From positions 14,260,001-14,324,000 of the forward strand of contig CP075493.1 of NCBI GenBank assembly GCA_021613535.1: a stretch of DNA of 64,000 bases, in the 5' to 3' direction. This DNA comes from Adineta vaga (lineage: Eukaryota > Animalia > Rotifera). Of the stretch, positions 11,219 through 23,010 are shown piece by piece (the stretch's first letter is position 1; the number at the start of each line of letters is the position of its first letter). The position numbers and the translations under genes are program-made. The notes beneath the pieces were generated by a model that did no database searches, was not told the DNA's origin, and saw only the letters and a list, made by a program, of their open reading frames with translations.

Positions 11219-14200
11219 ATGAGCAAATTAATTCCACAGCCACAAAAAATATTCTGGATTGGAAATCTAAAAGAGCTAGATCCTGATCATGGCATAGACT
11301 CATTGAAAAGACTGCAAAATCTTTACGGTGATATTTATCGAGTGGCTATTTTTAGTACAAATATTGTGGTCATATCTAGTCAAGAATTAGTCAATTTCGT
11401 ATGTGACGAATCAAAATTCGATAAAAATATCAGTCAAGCCCTGGCGGAATTAAGAACTGTAGCTGGAGATGGACTCTTTACTGCATATTCGTCAGAAATC
11501 AATTGGAAACTTGCACATAAAATTTTGATGCCTGCTTTCGGACCACAAGCAATTCGAGATATGTTTCCGGCTATGATGGACATTTGTTCACAACTGATTC
11601 TTCGATGGGAACGATTTGCTGGTGAAGAAATTGATGTTTGTGATAATTTAACACGCTTAACTTTAGATACAATTGCTTTATGTAGTTTTAATTATCGATT
11701 TAATAGTTTCTATAAGCAAGGAAAGCATCGTTTTGTTGATGCTATGGTGAATGTTCTTATTGAAAGTGGTAAACGTACTGAACGATTTTTTTTGCAAAAT
11801 CTACTGATGATAAACACTGCGCGCCGCTACACAGATGATATTGCATATCTCCATAAGATATGTGATGACATCGTTAGGGAAAGACGAGAACATCCAAATG
11901 ATGCGAATGATTTACTCAATCGAATGATAAATGGCAAAGATCCAGAAACTGGTTATCAATTATCTGATGAAAATATTCGTTATCAAATGGTTACTTTTTT
12001 GATTGCTGGCCATGAAACAACATCTGGACTTCTTTCATTTACTATTTATTATCTTTTAAAAAATCCACATGCTTTACAAAAAGCACAAGCAGAAGTCGAT
12101 TCGTATAATGAAATTACAGTTGATACACTAAGTAAATTAAAATATATTGATGCGATATTAAAGGAAACACTTCGTTTACAACCGACAGCACCAGGATTTA
12201 CTTTAGAATCGAAAGTAGATGATATTATGCTGCCTGGCGGTTATTTAGTTCACAAAAACGATGTGATCTTTGTTCTTTTGTCTCAATTACATCGCGATCC
12301 AACAGTATGGGATAAACCAGAAGAATTTCTTCCAGAACGAATGTTAAATGGTGGATTCGAAAAGCTTCTACCCAATTCATGGAAACCATTTGGTAATGGT
12401 CAACGAGCTTGTATTGGTCGTCCATTTGCATGGCAAGAAAGTCTTCTGGCTCTTGCACTTATACTTAAACATTTTCATATTGAATTTGTTGATCCAACGT
12501 ATGATCTTCGTATTAAAGAAACATTAACTGTTAAACCAGATGGATTCAAAATGCGAGTTCGATCACGTCAACAAGTAGGAACTATACTTAATACTAATAT
12601 TAAATCATCAGAAAAATACCAGAAAAAACCAAAGCACAAGTCAATAGAGAATATCTTCGACCAATGTCAATTCTTTTTGGTAGTAATTCTGGTTCTTGTC
12701 AATCTTTTGCAGATACATTAGCTTCAGAAGCACCTCTCTATGGTTATAATGCGACAGTAACTACTCTGGATTCGGCTGTCGAACGTCTTCCTAATGATCA
12801 ACCTATTATAATCATAACTGCTTCTTATGAAGGTAAACCTTGCGAAAATGCTAAACAATTTGTAACTTATCTTGAATCTAAACCTACATTAAACATTGAT
12901 TATGCTGTGTTTGGAGCTGGTCATCATGATTGGATTGATACGTATCAAAAAATCCCGATTTACATTGATCAAATGATTGAAACTGTTGGTGGCAGACGAA
13001 TTATTGAACGTGGTGCTGGTGATGCTGCAGGTGATTTTCTTGGTGCATTTGAAACTTGGAAAGAACATCTGTTTCGAGCATTGCGAAAAGAGACTGGCGA
13101 TCAAAATGTGATTAGTGATGAAAAACTTTCAATTGAAATTGTTAATCCAACAAGAAATCTTGGACAAACAACAGATTTTGGAACTGTTCTACAGAATAAA
13201 ATTTTAATTGAAGCTAATGATATTGCACCTATGAAACGACATTTAGAAATTCAATTACCCAAAGGACAAACTTATCGAACTGGAGATTATCTTGCTGTTT
13301 TACCAACAAATCCAATTGAAATTGTTTCTCGAGTTATTAAACGATTTAGTCTATCTGGTGATACGTACGTGAAAATTGTTTCTGTAACAGATACATTCTT
13401 TCCAACAAATTATCCAATTAGTGTATTTGATATATTAAATTGTTATGTTGAATTATCTCAACCAATTAGTAAGAAACAAATTGAAACTCTTGCCGAATTA
13501 TGTAAAAATGAAAAAGAACAAATAAATCTTAGAGATCTTATCGGAGATTCCTATGAAAATGAAATTCTTAGTAAACGTATCAATATATTAGATATACTTG
13601 AACAATATCAGTCATGTGAACTATCATTTCCACAATATCTTCGAATGCTTCCTGCACTACGTATTCGTCAATATAGTATTTCATCTTCACCTTTATGGAG
13701 TTCTAGTACGGTCACACTTACAATTGATGTTCTTAATACTCCAGCATTAAGTGGATCTGGACGATACTATGGTGTTGCTTCAAATTATCTCTCAAATTTA
13801 AAACCATCGGATCGAATCAGTTGTAGTGTTCGGGCAAGTAATGTTAGATTTCATCCACCTGAAGATACGAAAGTACCAATTGTAATGATTGCTGCTGGAA
13901 CTGGAATAGCACCATTTCGAGGATTTATTCAAGAAAGAGCAGCTCAACTAGTGTGTGGAAGAGAGATTGGACGCACGGTTCTTTATTATGGATGTCGAAC
14001 ACATGAAGAATTTTTGTATTCAGATGAATTGAATAAATGGTCGAAACTTGGTGCCGTAGAGATTCGACATGTTTTCTCTCGTCAACATCCTAATGATAAA
14101 AAATATGTTCAAGATTTACTTTGGGAAGATAGAAATGAGATTGCTAAACTGTATACTAATGGTGCACGATTTTATACATGTGGTAGTGCTAGAAAAATAG

Positions 14201-14325
14201 GTGCATCAGTGAAAACATGTTTTATTAAGATCATTGCAGAAATGAAACAAATTAATGAAGAAGAAGCGAGTAACATTCTGGAAGAAATTTCACTTGATCG
14301 TTATAGTGTCGATGTTTTTGCTTAA
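11219..14325 (+). CDS. Self-sufficient cytochrome P450/NADPH-P450 reductase fusion (CYP102/CYP505 type); intronless, -1 frameshift in the linker near 12611-12628
   Basis: Heme domain: FLIAGHETTSGLLSF, ETLR, FGNGQRACIG. Reductase: ILFGSNSG (FMN), RQYSISSSP (FAD), GTGIAPFRGF, C-terminal DVFA. The two ORFs overlap in different frames. Confidence 0.93.
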
Positions 14326-15061
14326 TATTATTTTTATTTCAACTATCTTGTCTCTGGACATTTTCACTTCATTTATTATAAGCTTCTTTTAGTTGTAATC
14401 TGTATATTCTCAATAAACAATGATTATTAAAAATCTGATCATTATTCGTATTCAATTTTTTCTGATGAGAGTCTTACTCTCCCTCCTCCTGACATCTAGT
14501 TTTTCTTGACCATTTGAGGGCGTGAATATTCTTTTAACCCATACGTTCTTTTATTGACCAAATGAATTAGATGCATATGTAATAGTTATAGTATATGAAA
14601 AGATTTATCTCTGAGTCATCTAAACAATATAAATATATATATATATATGTTTTGTATCAATGATTCATTTCCGTGAGAATGAAGATAGAGAATATATGTT
14701 TATCTATCTATTGATTGGAAACTGTTTTTCATCTTCGTTCTGTTCTGTTAGATGATTAATTCTTTATCCAATTGGTGTAAATATCAGCGATTGTTTTTCT
14801 TGCCTGATATAAATAAGTATCGCTATAATAACAAAGTGAAATGACTTTTCGTACACTTTGATTTGGTAAATATCAAGTTGCGTGGGTGTTTGTTTTCGCT
14901 GTTCTATATTGTTGAAGATAAAGGAAAGATATATCACTCTCTATGATAGTGATGGATAGATCAGAGAGATGTCATTGCACTCGTTATATAATATTTTTTT
15001 CTTCTTTTCTTCGCGACAAGAGAAGAGATAAATAGTTAAAATTGTTTAGAAGTCGATCAGA

Positions 15062-17568
15062 ATGGAATCGAATGAAAAGAATGAGATTGAAGACGAAGAT
15101 TTATTTTGTCCGATAACACTTCAACTATTTCGTGATCCTGTCATTGCTGCCGATGGTCATGTATATGAACGCGAAGCAATTATACAATGGATAAACGAAC
15201 ATGGAACGAGTCCATTCACCAGACAAACATTGAATATTAATGAATTACAATCCGATGATTATTTAAGAAACCTGATTACTCTACGACGAACATCATCAGT
15301 ATCTAACAAGTATGATAGAAATAATAATTCACAATTATCTTGTCAACAACAATTATCAGTGATACCATATAATTATAATAGAAGTCTTAACCAAACATAT
15401 TCAATGCAACTACCGACAATACGTAATAGTAATATTATTTCAACAGGCATCACTCAAAATCGTTTTCCAGTTGGTAATCAGTTTTGTCAACAAATATGTC
15501 TATTCTTATTTCTGGCTCTGATTATATTGTTTTTTTTCATCCTTATATGCCATTTATATATCAGTAATCAAAATCACATTTATCCGCGTGAGTTCTCAAA
15601 TATACACATCATGAAAATTCTTTTCAATTGTATTCTCTCTCAGTATTGTATTAGTATAATAATACTCTAACACCAAAGATTTGCAAGTATTTATCCTAAT
15701 GACTGAGAAAGAAATGTAGATAATAAATGCATCAATAGCAATATCATTTATATCTATCTACTCAAACAACGAATTTTAATGATTTTTATCTTTGCTTATT
15801 TAGAACTTTCATCTATTCCTACACCAAGTTATCCGGTGATATTATTGCCGATATATTCAGGAGATTTTGATTGGGACAGCGTATCATATCGTCCTTTTGA
15901 TTCTTCGACACGTTTACAATATTTTTATGAGGCTATTCGAGTAAATGTATTCACGTCAGGTCATTACAAATTCTGGAGTAATGATATGTTCACTGGATAT
16001 GGTTATATGTACAACAACAGTTTCGATCCAACTATCCCGAAACGAAATTTACTCTTATGGAATGGTGGCGCTTATCTGCCGTTCAATCTCACAATTTTTC
16101 TTTCACCAAAGATAGATTATTTTCTAGTGGTCTCATCTCGTGACTCCATGATGATGAAATGGTTCTCGGTCTTGTGTTCTGGTCCAGGAAACATTACTTT
16201 AACTACCGCAATTCATCTTCCAACAGAAAGTAAGAATTTCAAAACGCTTTATGACGTTTTATTTTTGAATAATAGACAGAAATAGTGAACAGTTCTTTTA
16301 CGAATAACTCGAAGAAATTTCTGTATACTACATTTCGCAAAAAGAAAAACCTTAGTTTGCAGCACCATGCTTTTTGTGCACGTTGACATCGAAAATGTAT
16401 CAATTTAAAATAATATTCGGTCTATCTTTTATAATGGAGCTATTTTATAGTTTTCAATCAGAGTATACAATTTCCTTAGAAATAGATAAATTCTCTTTAA
16501 TTTCTAATGCTGCTTCGTTAAAATGATAAGACTATGTTACGGTTCGACAGGAGAATTTTAAGTATTATTTTGATAATTTCTTAAGACTATGGAATTAAGC
16601 TGAGCATTTCACCTAAATCTTCTCATATTTTCGAAAGTTGAACATCTGTACATTGTTCTTCACACCGAGTTAAGTTACATTTGCATAATAGTTTTAATTT
16701 TAGAGCGAAAATATCATTCTTATAGCTTCCTTCCTCATAAATCTGCAGAAAAGGTCAACCAATCTTATCCTTGAAATGAATATTGTAATTTGTACTCGAC
16801 TAATTCAGATAATATTTTTTCTAATTTTTATGTTATTTTGATTTACAGTCAAATCGTAAAGATAATTGATTGCAATAGTTTTCACTTTCTCAAAAGGATA
16901 AAATTTTTATTTTAGTTTCATCTCTATCAAAAGAGATGTTCAAAAACAGTACTTGTGAAAAGAAGCTATGGGATCAAAATGGTATTACTGTAGCTGGTGG
17001 AAACGAAGACGGAGGATCAGCATTGAATCAACTCTATTATCCCGAAGGCTTATTTATGGATGACAATGATACTCTTTACATCGCTGATTCTTGGAACGGC
17101 CGAATCTTTAAGTGGATACCAGGAGCATCCGATGATCAGATATTGATTCAAATTAGAAAACTACCTCTTGGGGAGCAGCCCACTGTAACAAAAGTTGTCG
17201 TTGACAAGAATAGCACAATGTTTGTTTGTGAATCTGGCAACAGAAAAGTAAAACGATGGTTCAAAAATAATGATCATGGAGAAACCATTATTAACAATAT
17301 TTCATGTTATGGATTGACTTTGGACGATAAAGGATCATTGTATGTCTCGGATCAAGAACATCATCGAGTAATTAAATGGCCTAATAATACGATCGTTGCT
17401 GGGGGAAATGGAAAAGGCAGAGCATTAGATCAATTTGATCGTCCTAAACATATATTCATCGACCATAATCAGTCTCTTTTTGTGGCCGATTACTGGAATG
17501 ATCAAATGTTCACTAAAAATAAAAATTTGTGTGAAAGAGGTATGTGGATGATTCCACAGTATGTGTGA
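15062..17568 (+). CDS. U-box E3 ligase domain + single TM + beta-sandwich ectodomain + NHL repeats (C-terminally truncated); exons 15062-15587, 15804-16229, 16916-17568
   Basis: U-box FCPITLQLFRDPVIAADGHVYEREAIIQW...SPFTR; TM ICLFLFLALIILFFFILIC. Both junctions (c|gtgagt...tag|aa and a|gtaaga...ttag|tt) are phase 1 and in frame. NHL motifs TVAGGN...LNQLYYPEGL...LYIADSWNGRI. Confidence 0.7.
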
Positions 17569-18017
17569 CACTTTATGTGCCAAGAGAAGTATGTGACAAC
17601 CTTTTGAACGATGCTTCTTTGAATAATTTCAATAATACGTGATCTTTCTGAGAGTGTGGGCACGGGTAAGGATATGAATTAAAATATACCTTTGATAAAA
17701 ACTTCACCCAACTACATCTGCTCCGTCACTCTATGAACTAGTGACTAAGACAAATATAAAATTTTCTTTTTCAAATATTTATATATTGAGTACAGTATGA
17801 ACAAGATTGATCTTTTTATTTTCAATTCATAAAGGATTAAAAAATATCATAATATGTTTGATGATGTCAAAATTTGAGAAAAATCATGCTCACTGATTAA
17901 AACTTTGCTAAACGTGCTTGCTTTCTGTTAGATAGAATCAATGCGGAAATAACATGTCTTTACAATATTATAGCTCATAAAAAGAGAATTTCTATTATTT
18001 ATAAAAAGAATGGAAGA

Positions 18018-20805
18018 ATGACGTTGATACAACATTTTTCTTATTATATTTATTCTGTCTTGGATTGATTGTTCTATTTACATTTACAATACTCAAGATA
18101 GTCTGTCAATTGAATTTTATGATTGTATTTATTATCAATCGGTCTCATATTGTCGTCGTCCCTTACAGCCTATTTCTTTACAAAGAACTGTTAAAGAATG
18201 GAATTGCTCTCATAATGGTATCATTCATTCTTTCCATTCTTTATGGATGAAAAATATCAGTATAGATACGATATTGCACAAATGGAAATCAGGCATCGAT
18301 AAAACAGAAGAATATCTTTATTATTACACAAATCAATCAATAGAATCGAATGAGGATGATGAATATATATGTGAATGTATCCATCCGAAATTTTTCGGAA
18401 AGAACTGTGAATATTTGTTGGCCGATGGCACAACATTTGATGATACAATTATTGCAAAGTTTTTTTCAAACTAAACAATGAATAGACATGATGGTGATAT
18501 AGTTTGTTATGTAACTCTACAATGTGATTCTGGTCTTCTATGTCTTGATTGGCGAGATATTTGTGATAATGAACAGCAATGTATATTTGGATATGATGAA
18601 GAAAATTGTGATAAAATTGAGTTTAATGAATGTCAAAATGATGAATATCGTCGTATGAATGGTATGTGTATTCCTGATGAATTTTTTCTTGACGGAGATT
18701 ATGATTGTATGGATATGTCAGATGAAAAAGAACACTTCCATGACATGGAATGTCCATTTCAGTTAGCTAGCTTTCATTGTGATGATCGAATATGTCCACC
18801 AGATCAATGGTCATGCGGTGATGGGCAATGTGTCTCATGTCGCGTAGTTGGTTGAGAGCCTGAACACGAATGTATATCATGTATAAATCGACGTAATCAA
18901 TTCTATATGTGCGAAATAAATCACAAAGGAAACTTAAGAACATTATCCAATGGTCAATGCTACGAAGTATTAAATAATAAAAATCGTACTATCAATAATT
19001 ATTGTAATTATCTCTATGGATGTGGCTTTCCTCAAGATGTCATGAAAAATTGTTCGTGTAAAGTTATGAAAAACTGCGATATTAGTTGAAAATTTTTGTT
19101 CATCTCTATTTCCGATTCAATATCCTGCAGGTGGGATTATAGCACCATATATTTTCGAGTCTTTTTTATACTTTTGATAATCCACCAAAACTACGATTCT
19201 CCGTAAAGTTTAATGGAACAATTAAATGTCGTGGATATCTGAAATATTTTTCTTTTAAAATTTCATACTCATTTTATAAGAATCTCAAAGATGCTGAGGA
19301 AACATTATGTCAATCGATACCATTTCAATTCCTTACTTTCGATGGAGGTTACGATAAATTCTGCTATAATAATTCGAAAACATTTAAAAATCGATCTTAT
19401 CATTTTCTTGATATCTGTCAATCACATAGAAGATGTATTTCAGCTTACAGAATCAAAGATGGAATTCACAATTGTTTCAATAGCAGAGACGAGGAAGAAG
19501 TAGGTGAAATAGTTACAAAATCATGTTCGAACGTTCGACATCATCGTTTTCGCTGTTCAATCAATGAAACTACCTGTCTATATGCAAATATGCTTTGTGA
19601 TGGAAATTATCATTGCAGAAATATCTATGATGAATCTTGGATGGGTGTTCATATCTTACTATCCAAACTAAACTGTAATAATTAATTCAAAGATGATTGT
19701 CAATTACTTCGTCGATATATTGAAGCTTCATGGAATTCAAATGGAAATAATGATTCCAATCGAGAAGATCTATAAACCAAACAAATTCCTTTTCGATCGT
19801 ATTGTGATACATTCTGGGATTTAGCATCGAAAGAGGATGAAAATATAACGATGTGTCAGTCAGCATGGATATGTCGACAAGAACAATGGCAATGTTTCAC
19901 AGGACAATGTATTGATATTGATTGGGTATTAGATGGAGAATGGGATTGTTCTGATGCTTCAGATGAAGAGAATATGTTTCCTATTCATCTGAATATCTTT
20001 CATGATGATTATTTACAGAGAGAAAGTTTTGGATTCAAAGAGAAATTTCGAACAAGATACACACGACAACCGTTCGGAAACATTTGTAATTTAACGATTG
20101 AATATCCATGTTTGCCAATTAATATATCTGAGTATTCAAATAATGTACGACCTTGTATCGAACTAAAATCAATTGGTAATGGACACATAGATTGCATCGG
20201 CGGATATGATGAACGTAATGTGATTGAACATTGTGTACGATCAGGTACTGCACTTGGCTATGATTTTAAGTGTGTATCAAGTAACACTTGTATACCTTAT
20301 GCAAATATCTGTAAAGACCGATGTTTACACAGTGAAGATGAATATATGTGTGATCGACAGCAATTTCGAGATGTTACTTATTGAAAGCAAAAAGAATTTT
20401 CTTTGAAAATGAAGAAACAGTCTCTTCAATTATCACGATTTCCTAACGATACAAGTAGTAAGAAGATTGTAAATACATCCAGTACTATACGATCAAGAGC
20501 AACGTTTACATCAGGTCTTGTTTTTAAAAATCCATATATTCCATATTGATGTAATCGTGGTATCGGTGCATTGATGTCGAATAATTCTATTACATGTTTT
20601 TGTCCACCACAATATCATGGTGATCAATGTCAATACCATACTGATCGAATCAGTGTTGTTTTACATTTAAATTTCACACAATCAATATATACAACATCAA
20701 CTGGTAGAACAATTTTTATTAAATTATTGATTCTTTTCTTATTTGAAAATCAAGTGCTGAGTACTGATGAATTTCATGTCCGTCCAACCGTGGAAATCAA
20801 TGTTA
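18018..20805 (+). pseudogene. Decayed N-terminal part of a large LDLa/EGF-repeat (GPCR-associated) receptor
   Basis: LDLa motifs CLDWRDICD...DEENCD, QWQCFTGQCIDIDWVLDGEWDCSDASDE; EGF motif CFCPPQYHGDQCQY. Broken by many stops and frameshifts; similarity ends abruptly near 20805. Confidence 0.8.
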
Positions 20806-21471
20806 TTATTTGTTCTGTGACGATGTGAAGCACAAACACATACGACACTTGAAATGTTTCAACTCTATGAGAAGTTTGCGTTCTTCCCCTTCCCCTTCTT
20901 CATCTTTCACTCTGGGTGACAACACATTTCTAAAATGCACTTTTGCTGTAAGAATTACATATGCGAAGTGTAAAGAACAGTCAAGCTATTGCAGTAGCAA
21001 TTGAATTGCGTATGAATGCTGACGTCACCCCCGTTCTTTTCATTGGTAATTGAAGTCATTTATACACGTATGTCATGTATCTTAAAAAAATCTTGATTAT
21101 AAACAGGAAATTGATCCAAAAATAGATGAAAGTATTTTAGATCTCAATTATCTTCATTTGTTCACCATTCCACATGAACGCAAGATATCATATGTAAATA
21201 ATATATGAATAGAGAATAATTAAAGTTCTATACCCAATACATGGCAAACTAACATGAAAAGAAAGTAATCAGATACCATATACCGAAAGGATTTCAATAA
21301 AGATATTAACTTCGAAGATTAATAATCTTTTTAGTAAGAAACATCTGAACATCAAACAGAGAAAAAAAGTTGGATGTGAACATTGAAGAGTTTAGAACAT
21401 ATAAGTAAACTTCAAAACGAGTTTCAACGACGTGTTATCTGCCTTAGTGATTATTATTTTCTATTCGAAAC

Positions 21472-22404
21472 ATGGAACAACAGAGTAAATTTATTCTAAT
21501 TTTTGCTTTTGAAATTCCAGCAATCGTATTATCAATCATTCTGTTTGTTTATTTTGTTTCCAATCGTCCGATTCGTTCAAAACTCAAAAATCATGGATGG
21601 TTCATTCTTCTGACTATCAATTTCTTTCAATTGACTTTACGAATGCCAATGCCAATGAGCTATTATTATTTAAACTATATTTGGCCACCAACAAATGCAT
21701 ATTGTCTATGGTGGACATGGTGTGAATACTCTCTGAATATTATTGGTTTATTTCTAATGGCATGGATATCTATCGAACGACATTTACTTGTTTTTCATTC
21801 ACATACACTATTTCAATTAAGATGGAAAAAATGGCTTTTTCATTTTATTCCCATTGTTTTCTGTTTGCTATGGGCACCATTATTCTTTTTTGTCTTCGTT
21901 GTGATCAGTCCGTTTTGCACAACTGTATGGAATTTTAATTTACTTTTATGCGGTTTTCCATGTTATTTTAGAGAAAAGATTTTGAATCAATTTGATTTTA
22001 TCTTCAATCTTTTCTTACCTGTTTTCACCATCATGTTGGCCAATATAACGTTAGTTACTCGCGTTATCTATCAAAAGATATCTCGACAACAAATCGTTCA
22101 TTGGCAACGTCATCGTAAGATGGTGTTGCAACTATGGATCGTTTCATCACTCTATATGGGACTTTGGTTACCTTTGACAATTACATTATTTGTGGAAATG
22201 ACTACACTACCATTATTTATGGTTGATCGACTGCAAGAAATGCAGTTCGCTCCGTATTTTGTTTCACTTCTATTACCAATGATATGTCTCAGTACGCAAC
22301 CTGAATTAATAACAAAAATCAAGAATTTTCTTTGGAAACGCCCAACAAACAGGATCACTGTCGGAATCCTCAATCGAGACGCAGGACAAACGTTGACGAA
22401 TTAA
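21472..22404 (+). CDS. Orphan rhodopsin-class GPCR, intronless
   Basis: 310 aa with seven hydrophobic segments; TM3 C...LFLMAWISIERH (DRY-equivalent). Confidence 0.85.
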   Translation: MEQQSKFILIFAFEIPAIVLSIILFVYFVSNRPIRSKLKNHGWFILLTINFFQLTLRMPMPMSYYYLNYIWPPTNAYCLWWTWCEYSLNIIGLFLMAWISIERHLLVFHSHTLFQLRWKKWLFHFIPIVFCLLWAPLFFFVFVVISPFCTTVWNFNLLLCGFPCYFREKILNQFDFIFNLFLPVFTIMLANITLVTRVIYQKISRQQIVHWQRHRKMVLQLWIVSSLYMGLWLPLTITLFVEMTTLPLFMVDRLQEMQFAPYFVSLLLPMICLSTQPELITKIKNFLWKRPTNRITVGILNRDAGQTLTN

Positions 22405-23010
22405 ATACCAATTGTCTACTTCTCCTCACTACTCAGAATTGTCTTTCCATTTTTGCTTTTGTAATAAAAAAATCTATGTTTTTATACATTATATGAGAAA
22501 AAGAGTGGGTGTTATCGACATCCATATCTTTACTTTCGAAATGATAGAAAAACTCGCGATCTCAGCACAAATATTACTTGGGCTAAATCATACTCTGTGA
22601 TACACAAAACAAACTATTTTCGTTTGCTCGATAGAGAACGAAAGAAAAATATACACGTATTACTGGTAAAGAAACAAATATATACATGTGCATATTATTT
22701 TCGTATTCTTTTGCTTATCTTTTATGTGTGAATACATCACTTACGATATTTATTCGATTATAAATGATAGTGATATTCATTACTAAAGCATCTTACAAGT
22801 GAGCATTGAAAGAAAAAAGACGACGTAAGTTATTCATTCAAAATAACATGACTGATCATTGATATGAATCACAGTTCGTTTTCAGCGTAATCATCAAGCT
22901 GAAATCATTATTTTAACTCCAATTTTTTTTCTCGTACCGAAGGAGTTATCATCAGAGGACAAGAGTATGCTGCAGTATAACAAAAAGTTTTTATTTATTT
23001 CAGACTCGAA

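Noticed and set aside
12611-12630. Canonical programmed -1 frameshift site
   Set aside because: The in-frame heptamer is G_AAA_AAA rather than a perfect X_XXY_YYZ, and I see no obvious downstream structure; kept only as a minor alternative.
16849-16855. 7-nt microexon (ag|tcaaatc|gt) before the NHL exon
   Set aside because: Including it would break the frame that direct 16229-16916 splicing preserves.
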